DNA of 64,000 bases from positions 4,924 to 68,923 of the forward strand of contig CASFSG010000027.1 of assembly GCA_949297305.1 (NCBI GenBank). Reading direction: 5' to 3'. The stretch's first letter is position 1, and the number at the start of each line of letters is the position of its first letter. The notes beneath the pieces were generated by a model. It was not told where the DNA came from, did not search any database, and saw only the letters and a list, made by a program, of their open reading frames with translations. Shown here in pieces: positions 45,932 to 55,841 of the stretch. This DNA comes from an uncultured bacterium (GTDB lineage: Bacteria; Bacillota_I; Bacilli_A; RFN20; CAG-826). The position numbers and the translations under genes are program-made.

Positions 45932-48359
45932 TTTTCTTCTTTCTCCTTATCAAATAAAGTGTTAACTTAACGATTGCATAAATTAAGACAATTGCACTAA
46001 CAAAAATAAATAAATAATAAAAATTATCCTTTGTTAAAGAATCATAATTTATCGAGAGAACGAGACCACCACTTTGAAAAAACTTGTCGATCAAAAACAT
46101 TATAACAATGATTATTCCGGTGCCTATCGCTAAAACGATACGATAAATGCTATAAGGGAAGGAGATTAATAACAAATATAAATAAGCTAAAATAGTAAAC
46201 GTTAAAATAGAAAGAGTTGTCGCCGCATCTTTAGAAAGAATCCCGTTAGCGGCTAAAATATAATAAATAATAATTGCAAAACTAATTGCAAATGAAGCTG
46301 GCAACGCTTTAAATAAAACATTTTTCAAAAAAGAAGATTTTATTCTTTCATCGTTGGGTTCTAGAGTTAAGAAGAACGAAGCTAACCCAATAATAGCAAT
46401 TTCCCACACATATAAATTTGCAGGCACAAACGGATACATTACCTGCGGATTAATAATAGACCAAACATAGAAAAAGATTGATAAAATTACCGCAAAACCC
46501 GTTTTTACTAAAAAAAGCGAAGCGGTTCTTTGTAAATTATTAATTACGCGTCTGCCTTCTTTAACAACATCGGGCAATTTATTAAAGTCTGAGTCTAAAG
46601 ATACAAGATTTGCGGTGTTTTTGGTTGCTTGTGAGCCGCTAGCCATCGCGATTGAACAATCAGCTTTCTTTAAAGCCAATAAATCATTAACGCCATCTCC
46701 AGTCATCGCAACAACATGTCCATTTTTTCTTAATGAGTCAATAATAATTTCTTTTTGTTCAGGCGAAACGCGACCAAAAACATTATACTCTTCAACCAAA
46801 CTTGCTAATTCTTCTAAAGATGTGTTTTCTAGCGAAATAAATTTATCCGCGCCTTCTACCCCTACGTGCTGAGCAATATTTGCAGTCGTGATTACATTAT
46901 CGCCGCTGATAATTTTAATTTTTACATTATTATTCTTAAACCACTCAATAGTTGGTATAGCGTCCTCTTTAATGTGATCAATTAAAACTATTAACGCTAG
47001 CGGATGTGTATCAATAATTTTTTCACCTTTTTTAATCGCTTTATCTAATGAGGCAACAACTAAAACGCGAAGCCCTTTCTCTTCATATTTTTTTGCCTTA
47101 AGTGATATGTCACTTTCCTTATCTAACAAAAATTCTTTCGCGCCTAAAACAATATTCTTCCCGCCTTCAATCATAACGGCTGAATATTTTGTCTTGCTCA
47201 TAAAAGGAATATAGGAAGTGTAATTTAAAGAGGAGCAATCTTTAAAATATGTTATAAGAGCCTTAGCGGTCGCGTTTTCATCTTTTGTTGCTTCAACAAG
47301 AGTCTTTAAATAATTCCCAATTTCCTCTTTGGTAAATCTTTTATCTAAAACAACAACATCTTTGACATTCATGCTACCATCGGTAATTGTCCCTGTCTTA
47401 TCTAGGCAAAGCGTATCGACGCGCGATAACATTTCAATACTATATAGTTGTTGAACTGACATCCTTCTTTTTGCTAAACGTATAATGCCAACAGTTAAAG
47501 TCAACGATGTTAATAAATATAATCCAGAAGGTATCATTCCAATTAAAGATCCAGCGATATTAGCGATTGATCCTGCATAATTTTCGTTATTTAGTAAACC
47601 TCGTACGCCATAAAGAACAAACATCGCTGTTCCGATGATAATGACAAAGGCACCAATAAATCTAAATAACAAATTTAAAGAACGAAGAATCTCAGATTTT
47701 GGTGGGTTAAAGGAGCGGGCTTTTTCACCGAGAGTTTCAACATAACTAGCATACCCCACTTTTGTAACAATCATTTTACCTTGCCCACCTAAAACTACTG
47801 TTCCAGATAAAATTAGATCGTTTTTCTTTTTGGTGACGTTGATCGATTCTCCAGTTAATAAAGATTCATCTATTTCGACTTCGCCAGCTAATAAAACACC
47901 ATCCGCACATATCTGATCACCTTGTTTGATAATTACGATGTCACTTAAAACAACTTCGTCAGTTGAAATTTCTACTTCTTGTCCTTCGCGAACCACAAAT
48001 GCTTTAGGGTTGGTAATTAACCTTAATTTTTCACTCATTTTGCGGGCCTTGATGTCTTGGGCAATTCCTATGATTGTATTTAGTAACAAAATACCCATAA
48101 AAAATAAGTTATTGAAAGATCGCGCGGCGCATAGTAATACAAAAATACAAATCAACAAAATGTTAAAGAAGTTAAACACATTATCATAAAAGATTTTCCA
48201 ATATGATTTAGTGACATTCTTCTTTGTACGATTAGTTAATTTGTTTTCGACTCTGCTCTTTACTTCTTTGTCGGTTAACCCAAAAGAAATGTCTGGAGAA
48301 AAAACTTCGGCGTTTTTAATCCTTTCTAAAGTTTTTTCTGTCCGTGAAATCTTTCTCAT
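45906..48359 (-). CDS. P-type ATPase (HAD-IC, CtpE-like) with atypical M4 motif
   Basis: DESLLTGES, DKTGT, ISGDN, FGRVSP, TGDGVND; M4 reads IPSGL. Start placed at ATG 48359. Confidence 0.93.
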   Translation of the reverse strand: MRKISRTEKTLERIKNAEVFSPDISFGLTDKEVKSRVENKLTNRTKKNVTKSYWKIFYDNVFNFFNILLICIFVLLCAARSFNNLFFMGILLLNTIIGIAQDIKARKMSEKLRLITNPKAFVVREGQEVEISTDEVVLSDIVIIKQGDQICADGVLLAGEVEIDESLLTGESINVTKKKNDLILSGTVVLGGQGKMIVTKVGYASYVETLGEKARSFNPPKSEILRSLNLLFRFIGAFVIIIGTAMFVLYGVRGLLNNENYAGSIANIAGSLIGMIPSGLYLLTSLTLTVGIIRLAKRRMSVQQLYSIEMLSRVDTLCLDKTGTITDGSMNVKDVVVLDKRFTKEEIGNYLKTLVEATKDENATAKALITYFKDCSSLNYTSYIPFMSKTKYSAVMIEGGKNIVLGAKEFLLDKESDISLKAKKYEEKGLRVLVVASLDKAIKKGEKIIDTHPLALIVLIDHIKEDAIPTIEWFKNNNVKIKIISGDNVITTANIAQHVGVEGADKFISLENTSLEELASLVEEYNVFGRVSPEQKEIIIDSLRKNGHVVAMTGDGVNDLLALKKADCSIAMASGSQATKNTANLVSLDSDFNKLPDVVKEGRRVINNLQRTASLFLVKTGFAVILSIFFYVWSIINPQVMYPFVPANLYVWEIAIIGLASFFLTLEPNDERIKSSFLKNVLFKALPASFAISFAIIIYYILAANGILSKDAATTLSILTFTILAYLYLLLISFPYSIYRIVLAIGTGIIIVIMFLIDKFFQSGGLVLSINYDSLTKDNFYYLFIFVSAIVLIYAIVKLTLYLIRRKKKNANSKEGY

Positions 48360-48401
48360 TGCTATTAGTATAGCAATTTTTAGCAATTTTCCAAAAGATA
48401 A

Positions 48402-48857
48402 TTATCTTTTCTTTTGAAAATACTTTTGGAGTATTATTTCCGATTCTTTTTTAAATAAGCCGCCTTCACAAATTGGGTAATAAGACAAGTTAGGATTTAG
48501 TAAAAAATTATCTAAATCTCCGTAAATCTCCGCTTTTTTATATTTTGTTGCATAAACTATGCGTTTAATTCTTGATAAATATATTGCGCCTAAACACATA
48601 TAACAAGGTTCTAAAGTTACATAAATTGTCGCGTCATTTAAATAAGCAGATTTGATAATTTGGTTTGCTTCTTCGATAACATTAATTTCCGCGTGTCTAG
48701 TTATGGTGCTGTTTTTAAAGTTTTTATTATGACTTTTAGCAATTATTTTATTATCAATAACCAAAACAGCTCCAACGGGAACTTCGTCTTCTTGGTAGGC
48801 GTCTTCCGCTTCTTTTAATGCCACCATCATAAAACTTTTATCTAATTCATTAAACAT
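48402..48857 (-). CDS. tadA: tRNA adenosine(34) deaminase
   Basis: EVPVGAV, HAEINVI, TLEPCYMC. Confidence 0.92.
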   Translation of the reverse strand: MFNELDKSFMMVALKEAEDAYQEDEVPVGAVLVIDNKIIAKSHNKNFKNSTITRHAEINVIEEANQIIKSAYLNDATIYVTLEPCYMCLGAIYLSRIKRIVYATKYKKAEIYGDLDNFLLNPNLSYYPICEGGLFKKESEIILQKYFQKKR

Positions 48858-48868
48858 CTCTAATTAAA

Positions 48869-48949
48869 AACCGTCACACATGTCTTCGTTACTTAAGGCT
48901 GCTATATTCCTATCCTGACCTGGTTCATAAGTCCAACATTGTAACGGCT
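48869..48949 (-). ncRNA. ffs: Signal recognition particle RNA, small (4.5S-like) type
   Basis: Minus strand GAACCAGGUCAGG-AUA-GGAA-UAU-AGCAGC helix-8 signature; terminal stem GCCGUUACA/UGUGACGGU followed by a U-tract; TATAAT at 48955-48960. Confidence 0.92.
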
Positions 48950-48969
48950 TTATTATTATAATTTATTTC

Positions 48970-50250
48970 TTATTTTTTAGGAGATATTTTTTCTAATCCA
49001 CCCATAAATGGTCTTAAAACTTCCGGGATTGTTACGCTGCCATCGCTGTTTTGATATTGTTCTAAAATGGCCGGAAAAACGCGAGAAGTAGCAAGTCCTG
49101 ACCCGTTTAAGGTATGAACAAATTTGACTTTGCTAGTATTTTTATCTTTATATCTAATTTTGCCGCGACGAGCTTGATAATCGTGAGCGGTAGATACCGA
49201 AGACACTTCTTTAAAAATATTCATGCTTGGAAAATACACTTCAATATCATATGTCCTAGCCATCGATGCTGAAATGTCCTCGCTAGCTAATTTAGAAACG
49301 CGAAACTTGAGCCCAAGCTTCTTCATTAATGAAATGGCTTTATTTACTAATTCTTCAAAAGCTGCCATATCCCCTTCTTCGCTCGTATATTGAAACATTT
49401 CGATTTTATTAAATTGATATCCGCGAATCATACCTCTTTCTTCTGTGCGATAAGCACCTGCTTCTTTACGATAACAAGGTGAGTAGGCAAAATATTTTTT
49501 CGGAAGTTCTTCTTCCTTTAAAATTTCGTCACGATGAAAATTAACTAAAGCAGTTTCAGCAGTTGGAAGAAGGAATTTTTTTGGTGATATGCCTTCCATA
49601 ATAAAAACATCGTTTTCAAATTTGGGAAATTGGCCGGCAACATAACCAGATTCATAATTTAATAAATGAGGAACGAGCATAAATTGATATCCATCATTGA
49701 GATGCTCATTAATAAAAAAATTTAATAACGCCCATTCGAGTCTCGCTCCTAAATCGGTATATACCCAAGCACCATGACCAGCAATTTTCGCCCCTCTAGT
49801 ATAGTCAATTAATCCTAAAGATTCCGCTAATTCGACATGATCTTTAATTTTAAAATCAAATACCTTGTCTTGATTAAATTCAGCTATTACTTCGTTGTTC
49901 TCTTTGCCACCCGAGAGTAAATCATCATCGGGTAAATTTGGTAAAGGTTTCAAAAAGTTAACAATTTCTTCTTCTATTTTATCTAAATGTTTTTTCTCTT
50001 CTTCAATATTGTTGTTGATATTTTTTACTTTAACAAAAAGTTCTTGAACATCCTTCCCTTCTTTTTTATATTGTGGCACTAAAGAGGAAAGTTTATTTCT
50101 TTCAGCGTTCGCACTTTCAACTTTTAATAAAAGTTCTTTTCTTTCTTTAACAAGATTTAAAAAAGACGAGAAATCAACATCTAATCCTTTTTTCAATAAT
50201 TTATCGTGAATTAATTGAGGATTATCAATAATTAATTTTTGATCTAACAT
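48970..50250 (-). CDS. serS: Serine--tRNA ligase
   Basis: N-terminal coiled coil, LLPTAET, CYRKEAG, QFNKIEM, YDIEVY, HTLNGSGLATSR. Confidence 0.98.
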   Translation of the reverse strand: MLDQKLIIDNPQLIHDKLLKKGLDVDFSSFLNLVKERKELLLKVESANAERNKLSSLVPQYKKEGKDVQELFVKVKNINNNIEEEKKHLDKIEEEIVNFLKPLPNLPDDDLLSGGKENNEVIAEFNQDKVFDFKIKDHVELAESLGLIDYTRGAKIAGHGAWVYTDLGARLEWALLNFFINEHLNDGYQFMLVPHLLNYESGYVAGQFPKFENDVFIMEGISPKKFLLPTAETALVNFHRDEILKEEELPKKYFAYSPCYRKEAGAYRTEERGMIRGYQFNKIEMFQYTSEEGDMAAFEELVNKAISLMKKLGLKFRVSKLASEDISASMARTYDIEVYFPSMNIFKEVSSVSTAHDYQARRGKIRYKDKNTSKVKFVHTLNGSGLATSRVFPAILEQYQNSDGSVTIPEVLRPFMGGLEKISPKK

Positions 50251-50251
50251 T

Positions 50252-51256
50252 TTATATATCTCCTTCTAATAACTTTCCGTAGACGATTTTTAAATTATTG
50301 CCAAAAACTTTCAGCGAATGTCTACAAGCGTAATTATACGCTTTATTTATTGTAGAAATAATATTTCCTTCCATATATAAATTGATTTTGGTTGCCAAAT
50401 CATTAAGATCTTTAGCAATTAGGGAACCTAGGTCGCTTAATAAAGAACCATTATTACCAAGGGGCTCAACCGTTATAATTTGCGTTTTTGAGCTAGCAGC
50501 ATCAAATAAAGCAATAGAGGTAAATTTCTTTTTATCGAAAGAAAAATACATTTGAGCATTTTTCATCATCGAGCAATATATCTCATCGCTCATAACAGGA
50601 CATAATTTTAAATTAGGAGGCACTTTCTTTTTGAGGCGATATAGAGCCGAAACTGAATATTTTCCTTTTGTTTGTCCAAAAAAGAAAAAGATATATTTTG
50701 GACATAAAGCAGCAACGGAACTTAAAGTCTCAATCGTCTTATCATTAGTGTAATCACCTACGGTACAAACATATTTTATCGATTTATCAATTTGAAAATA
50801 ATTAAAAAAGAGTTCTTCATCTAATCGATTATTGATTTGAAAGCGTTCTTTACTCACTGATAAAGGAACGATTTTAATTGGCACTAAAACACCTTCGTTA
50901 ATCAAAAACTTTTTCGCTTCACTTGTTGGAACCATGATTAAATCAAGGCGATTAAAAATTCTCCGTGCCTTATCTAATAACCTAATTTCTTCGTTTTTTT
51001 CATAGGTACATTTAGTCGTTTTGTCATCTTCACAATATAAGGCACTAAAAACAACTTTTTTACCAGATTCTAAAGCGTCATTGATTTTAGCTTCATCGTT
51101 TAACGAGATAAAATGAATAATTTCATAATTATCAATCGTTCTAGAAGTATAGGGAACATTGGTAAGTTCCAATGCTCCCTTAATCGTTTTTCTTAATCTA
51201 GTTCCTTCAAAATTATCGTTCTCAATGCGTGGATTAAAATAAACGCATATTTTCAT
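50252..51256 (-). CDS. Glycosyltransferase family 4-like (GT-B) protein with a degenerate donor-binding motif
   Basis: CpoA-like N-terminus (MKICVYF...YEIIHF), MVPTSEAK, VSKERF; the ExxxxxxxE region reads KKFTSIALFDA. Confidence 0.65.
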   Translation of the reverse strand: MKICVYFNPRIENDNFEGTRLRKTIKGALELTNVPYTSRTIDNYEIIHFISLNDEAKINDALESGKKVVFSALYCEDDKTTKCTYEKNEEIRLLDKARRIFNRLDLIMVPTSEAKKFLINEGVLVPIKIVPLSVSKERFQINNRLDEELFFNYFQIDKSIKYVCTVGDYTNDKTIETLSSVAALCPKYIFFFFGQTKGKYSVSALYRLKKKVPPNLKLCPVMSDEIYCSMMKNAQMYFSFDKKKFTSIALFDAASSKTQIITVEPLGNNGSLLSDLGSLIAKDLNDLATKINLYMEGNIISTINKAYNYACRHSLKVFGNNLKIVYGKLLEGDI

Positions 51257-51258
51257 AA

Positions 51259-53829
51259 TTATTCAGTTTTTGCGGTGTTTTCTTCGCTATTTGCAGGATT
51301 TTCTTCATTTAAATTATCGTTATTTTCTTCGATAGTTTCTTCTTCGTGTTCAACAACAGAAACGCTCGACACGCGTTGTTTATCATCGACGCGAATCACT
51401 TTGACGCCCTGCGTATTTCTGCCTGCAATTTTGACTTGTTCTAAAGGTATTCTAATCATTACACCAGCGGAGGTAATAATCATTAAATCTTCATCGCCGT
51501 TGACGGCTTTTAAAGCAACTAATTTACCATTCTTCGATGTTGCATTTAAAGTGATCACGCCTTTTGAACCTCGTTTAGTCAAACGATAATCTTCGATTGG
51601 CGACATCTTCCCATAACCTTTTTGGGTGACGGCAAGAATGTATTTTCCTTCGTTAGAAGTAGCAACATCAACTAAGTATGAACCGTCGACATTCATCCCT
51701 TTAACACCGGCAGCGCCTCTACCCATTGCACGAACATCGCTCTCATTAAATTTAACCAATTTACCCTTGCTACTAGCGAGGCAAATTAAGCAATTTCCAT
51801 CAGTGTGTTTAACATCTAATAATTGATCGTCTTCTTTCAAAGAAATAGCGATTTTTCCGTTTTTACGAATGGAGGCAAACTCTTCAATTGCCGTCTTTTT
51901 AACTAAGCCCTGACGAGTGATAAAGAACAAATATGAGTTATCGTCATAAGTATCCAAATTGATCATCGCCATAACTTTTTCACCTTTTTGTATATCGATC
52001 AATTGTTGAATTGGTACACCTTTAGCAATTCTACTGCCTTCTGGTACCATATAACCGCGTAGACGATATACTTTACCTAGCGAGGTGAAGAACAAAATGT
52101 CGGTATGCGTATTCGTATTAATCATTAAAGCGACTTCGTCTTCGCTATAAGTTGACATACCTCTAACCCCGCGACCACCACGATTTTGAGTTCTAAAGGT
52201 ATCAATCGGAGTTCTCTTTATATAATTATTATTAGTTAAGGTAATAGCAACTTGTTCGACAGGAATTAATGATTCGTCGTTAATCTCTGACCCGGAATCA
52301 CTAATCTCCGTACGACGTTCATCGCCAAATTTACGCTTAATTTCTAACAACTCTTCCACGACAACTTCAATGAGATTGTCTCTAGAAGAAAGGATGTGAT
52401 TATATTTTTCAATATTGGCTTCAAGTTCAGCTTTTTCGTTTTCGAGTTTACCTTCTTCTAAACCAGTTAAACGACGTAATGTCATCGCTAGAATAGCTTC
52501 GGTTTGATCATTGGTAAAACCAAAACGATCCTTGAGATTTTGACTTGCATCTTCCGGAGTTTCACTAGCCTTAATAATGTCAACGATTTCGTCAATATTT
52601 TGAATGGCGTTTAATAGCCCAAGAACAATGTGGTGACGCGCTTCATCCTTACTCTTTAAGAAAATAGTTCTACGACGAATAATTTCAATCTGATATTCTA
52701 AATAATATTTTAAAAACTCATTGATTGGTAAAATTTTTGGTGCTCCATCAACTAAGCAGAGCATAATAATTCCAATAGACGTTTGCAATTGTGTGTTTTT
52801 ATACAATTGATTTAAGATGACTTCAGGAATTGCGTCGCGACGAACATCAATCACTACTCTAATGCCTTTGTTAGACGATTCATCGCGAATGTCAGTAATG
52901 CCATCGATAACTTTATCATGGACCAGGTGAGCAATGTTTTCAATCATTGTCGCTTTATTTACTTGATAAGGAATTTCGGTAACAATAATTTGTTTTTTAC
53001 CCGTGTGTTCATTCTCATGAACTTCTGCCCTTGAACGAATCGAGATATTTCCTGTCCCGGTTTCAAAGGCGTTTTTAATACCTTCTCTACCTAAAATAAT
53101 TGCTCCTGTAGGAAAGTCTGGCCCAAAGATATATTTTTGCATTAATTCTAAAGGAGTGATATCAGGATTATGTGCCACAGCAATTACGGCATCAATCGTT
53201 TCAGAAAGATTATGAGGAGGTATCGAAGTCGCCATACCAACCGCAATACCATTGCTACCATTTACTAACAAATTTGGAAAGCGCGATGGTAAAACAACCG
53301 GTTCTCTTTCGGTGCCATCGTAGTTATCTGTAAAATCAACTGTGTCACATTTAATATCGCGAACCATCTCCATCGCTAAACGTGTCATGCGAGCTTCGGT
53401 ATAACGCATCGCTGCGGGACTATCACCATCAACCGAACCAAAGTTCCCTTGACCATCGACTAAACAATATCGCATCGAGAATGGTTGAGCCATTCTGACG
53501 AGTGTCGAATAGATTGCGGCATCGCCATGCGGATGATATTTACCCATAACATCACCAACAATTCTGGCACATTTGCGGTGTTTTTGATCGGGTGTGGTTC
53601 CAGAATCATACATACCATAAATTACACGACGATGAACTGGTTTACATCCGTCACGAACATCCGGAATTGCCCTAGATACAATCACCGACATGGCATAATC
53701 TAAGAAAGAGGAGCGAACTTCTTTAGCTAAATCTGCGTTAGTTAATCCAGGAACAATACCATCTTCAATTTCCTGCAATTCTTTATCTTTTTCTGTTAAT
53801 TCTTCGTTATTTTTCTTATTTTCGTCCAT
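51259..53829 (-). CDS. gyrA: DNA gyrase subunit A
   Basis: SFLDYAMSVI, YHPHGD, AAMRYTEAR (catalytic Tyr), GyrA-box QNRGGRG, C-terminal beta-pinwheel. Confidence 0.99.
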   Translation of the reverse strand: MDENKKNNEELTEKDKELQEIEDGIVPGLTNADLAKEVRSSFLDYAMSVIVSRAIPDVRDGCKPVHRRVIYGMYDSGTTPDQKHRKCARIVGDVMGKYHPHGDAAIYSTLVRMAQPFSMRYCLVDGQGNFGSVDGDSPAAMRYTEARMTRLAMEMVRDIKCDTVDFTDNYDGTEREPVVLPSRFPNLLVNGSNGIAVGMATSIPPHNLSETIDAVIAVAHNPDITPLELMQKYIFGPDFPTGAIILGREGIKNAFETGTGNISIRSRAEVHENEHTGKKQIIVTEIPYQVNKATMIENIAHLVHDKVIDGITDIRDESSNKGIRVVIDVRRDAIPEVILNQLYKNTQLQTSIGIIMLCLVDGAPKILPINEFLKYYLEYQIEIIRRRTIFLKSKDEARHHIVLGLLNAIQNIDEIVDIIKASETPEDASQNLKDRFGFTNDQTEAILAMTLRRLTGLEEGKLENEKAELEANIEKYNHILSSRDNLIEVVVEELLEIKRKFGDERRTEISDSGSEINDESLIPVEQVAITLTNNNYIKRTPIDTFRTQNRGGRGVRGMSTYSEDEVALMINTNTHTDILFFTSLGKVYRLRGYMVPEGSRIAKGVPIQQLIDIQKGEKVMAMINLDTYDDNSYLFFITRQGLVKKTAIEEFASIRKNGKIAISLKEDDQLLDVKHTDGNCLICLASSKGKLVKFNESDVRAMGRGAAGVKGMNVDGSYLVDVATSNEGKYILAVTQKGYGKMSPIEDYRLTKRGSKGVITLNATSKNGKLVALKAVNGDEDLMIITSAGVMIRIPLEQVKIAGRNTQGVKVIRVDDKQRVSSVSVVEHEEETIEENNDNLNEENPANSEENTAKTE

Positions 53830-53847
53830 TTTAACTACCTCCTTCTA

Positions 53848-55839
53848 TTAAATATCTAAGTTCTTAACAAACTTCGCGTTTTTATAAATGAAATCTTTTC
53901 TTGGTTGCACCTCATCGCCCATTAAATCAGTGAAGACTTGTTCGGCTTCAATCGCGTCACTTAATGTGACACGTAACATTTTTCTAGTTTTAGGGTTTAA
54001 GGTAGTGTCCCAAAGTTGAACATCGTTCATTTCACCTAAACCTTTATAACGTTGGAAAGGATAGCCAGGTTTAAGTTCTAATTGCTTCTTAAGAACTTCT
54101 AGTTGTTCATCGTTATATGCATAATAAGCTTTTCCTTTGACCTCAACTTTATATAGTGGAGGTTGAGCAATATAAACATAACCTTGGGTGATTAAATCGC
54201 GCATATAACGATAAAAGAATGTCAATAACAAGATGCGGATATGACTACCATCAACATCGGCATCAGTCATAATAACAATTTTGTGATAGCGGATTTTTAA
54301 AACATCAAATTCTGGATCGACCCCACCGCCAATCGCAACGATCATATTGCCTATTTCGGCATTATCAAAAACTTTTTCATGACGAGCTTTTTCAACATTT
54401 AAAATCTTACCTCTAAGTGGTAAAACCGCTTGAGTGTCGCGGTCGCGACCGCTTTTAGCTGAACCGCCAGCCGAATCACCCTCAACAATATATAGTTCAC
54501 ATTCAGCAGGATTTTTTGATGAACAGTCTGCTAATTTACCAGGTAATGTTGTAAATTCAAGACCGCTTTTTCGGCGAACGTTTTCTTGGGCGGTACGCGC
54601 AGCCATACGAGCCTTTGAAGCCATTGAAATCTTATCCAAAATTAAATTAGCAACTTTTGGATTTTCATAGAAGAAACGTTTGAGTGCTTCCCCTACTACT
54701 TGCGAAACAATTTTTCGCACTTCGGTGTTGCCTAATTTCGTTTTTGTTTGACCTTCATATTGAGGATTTGGATGCTTAATCGAGATGATAGCAACCATCC
54801 CTTCTTGAATGTCGTCAACGGTGTATTTTTCTTCGCCTTCTTTAAGATATTTTTTCTCTAAAGCATAATTATTTACCACGCGCTGAATTGCCATTCTAAA
54901 ACCTTCTTCGTGCGTTCCGCCTTCGTGAGTGTGGATGTTGTTACAGAACGAAAAAACGGTCTTCGAATAAGATTCATTATATTGAATGGCGGCTTCACAA
55001 TATATTTTACCTTTCTTTTCAGGCAAATATTCAATCTCTTCATAACCTTCACAATAAATGACATCTTCCATAATCGGACCTTTATTTGCGTTGATATTTT
55101 TAACATATTCGATGATTCCGCCTTCATAACAAAATGTTTCTTGGACCGGCGTGTCTAATCGATCATCAATAACAATTAATTTAACTCCGCGATTAAGATA
55201 GGCCATTTGACGGACTCTATCTCTTATCGTGTCGTAGCTAAAGATAACAGTATCTAGGAAAATTTTTGGATCAGGTTTAAAGGTGACGGTGGTTCCGCTA
55301 GTTGTCGTTTCACCGATTTTCTTTAAATGTTCTACTGGTTTTCCACCGTCGACAAATTTGATGTAATAAACGCCGCCGTTTTTATTGACGGTTACTTCCA
55401 TCCACTCCGACAAGGCATTAACGACCGAAGCCCCAACACCATGCAAACCTCCGGATACTTTGTATCCGCTCGTTTCACCGAATTTACCACCAGCGTGCAA
55501 AATAGTAAAAACTGTTTCAACGCCAGATAAACCAGATTTTGAAACGATATCAACCGGTACACCACGCCCGTTATCTTTAACGGTAATAGTATCACCCTTA
55601 TTAATTTGAACAACGATTTCTGTGCAATATCCGGCTAATGCTTCGTCAATTGCGTTATCAATAATTTCCCAAACGAGATGGTGTAAACCATTTGGCCCAG
55701 TAGTACCAATGTACATGCCTGGTCTTTTTCTAACAGCTTCTAAACCTTCAAGAACTTGAATATCACTAGCGTTATATTCTTTATCGCCTTTTTCAAGCGA
55801 TTCACTTTCTTGAATATGCATTACTTTTTCTTCTTCCAT
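53848..55839 (-). CDS. gyrB: DNA gyrase subunit B
   Basis: LEAVRKRPGMYIG, DNGRG, GGLHGVG, VEGDSAGG, DADVDG, RYKGLGEM. Confidence 0.99.
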   Translation of the reverse strand: MEEEKVMHIQESESLEKGDKEYNASDIQVLEGLEAVRKRPGMYIGTTGPNGLHHLVWEIIDNAIDEALAGYCTEIVVQINKGDTITVKDNGRGVPVDIVSKSGLSGVETVFTILHAGGKFGETSGYKVSGGLHGVGASVVNALSEWMEVTVNKNGGVYYIKFVDGGKPVEHLKKIGETTTSGTTVTFKPDPKIFLDTVIFSYDTIRDRVRQMAYLNRGVKLIVIDDRLDTPVQETFCYEGGIIEYVKNINANKGPIMEDVIYCEGYEEIEYLPEKKGKIYCEAAIQYNESYSKTVFSFCNNIHTHEGGTHEEGFRMAIQRVVNNYALEKKYLKEGEEKYTVDDIQEGMVAIISIKHPNPQYEGQTKTKLGNTEVRKIVSQVVGEALKRFFYENPKVANLILDKISMASKARMAARTAQENVRRKSGLEFTTLPGKLADCSSKNPAECELYIVEGDSAGGSAKSGRDRDTQAVLPLRGKILNVEKARHEKVFDNAEIGNMIVAIGGGVDPEFDVLKIRYHKIVIMTDADVDGSHIRILLLTFFYRYMRDLITQGYVYIAQPPLYKVEVKGKAYYAYNDEQLEVLKKQLELKPGYPFQRYKGLGEMNDVQLWDTTLNPKTRKMLRVTLSDAIEAEQVFTDLMGDEVQPRKDFIYKNAKFVKNLDI

Positions 55840-55841
55840 TT

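Noticed and set aside
48366-48390. Direct repeat AAAATTGCTA x2 upstream of the P-type ATPase as a possible operator
   Set aside because: It coincides with the promoter spacer and extended -10 and is short and AT-rich; there is not enough evidence for a separate element.
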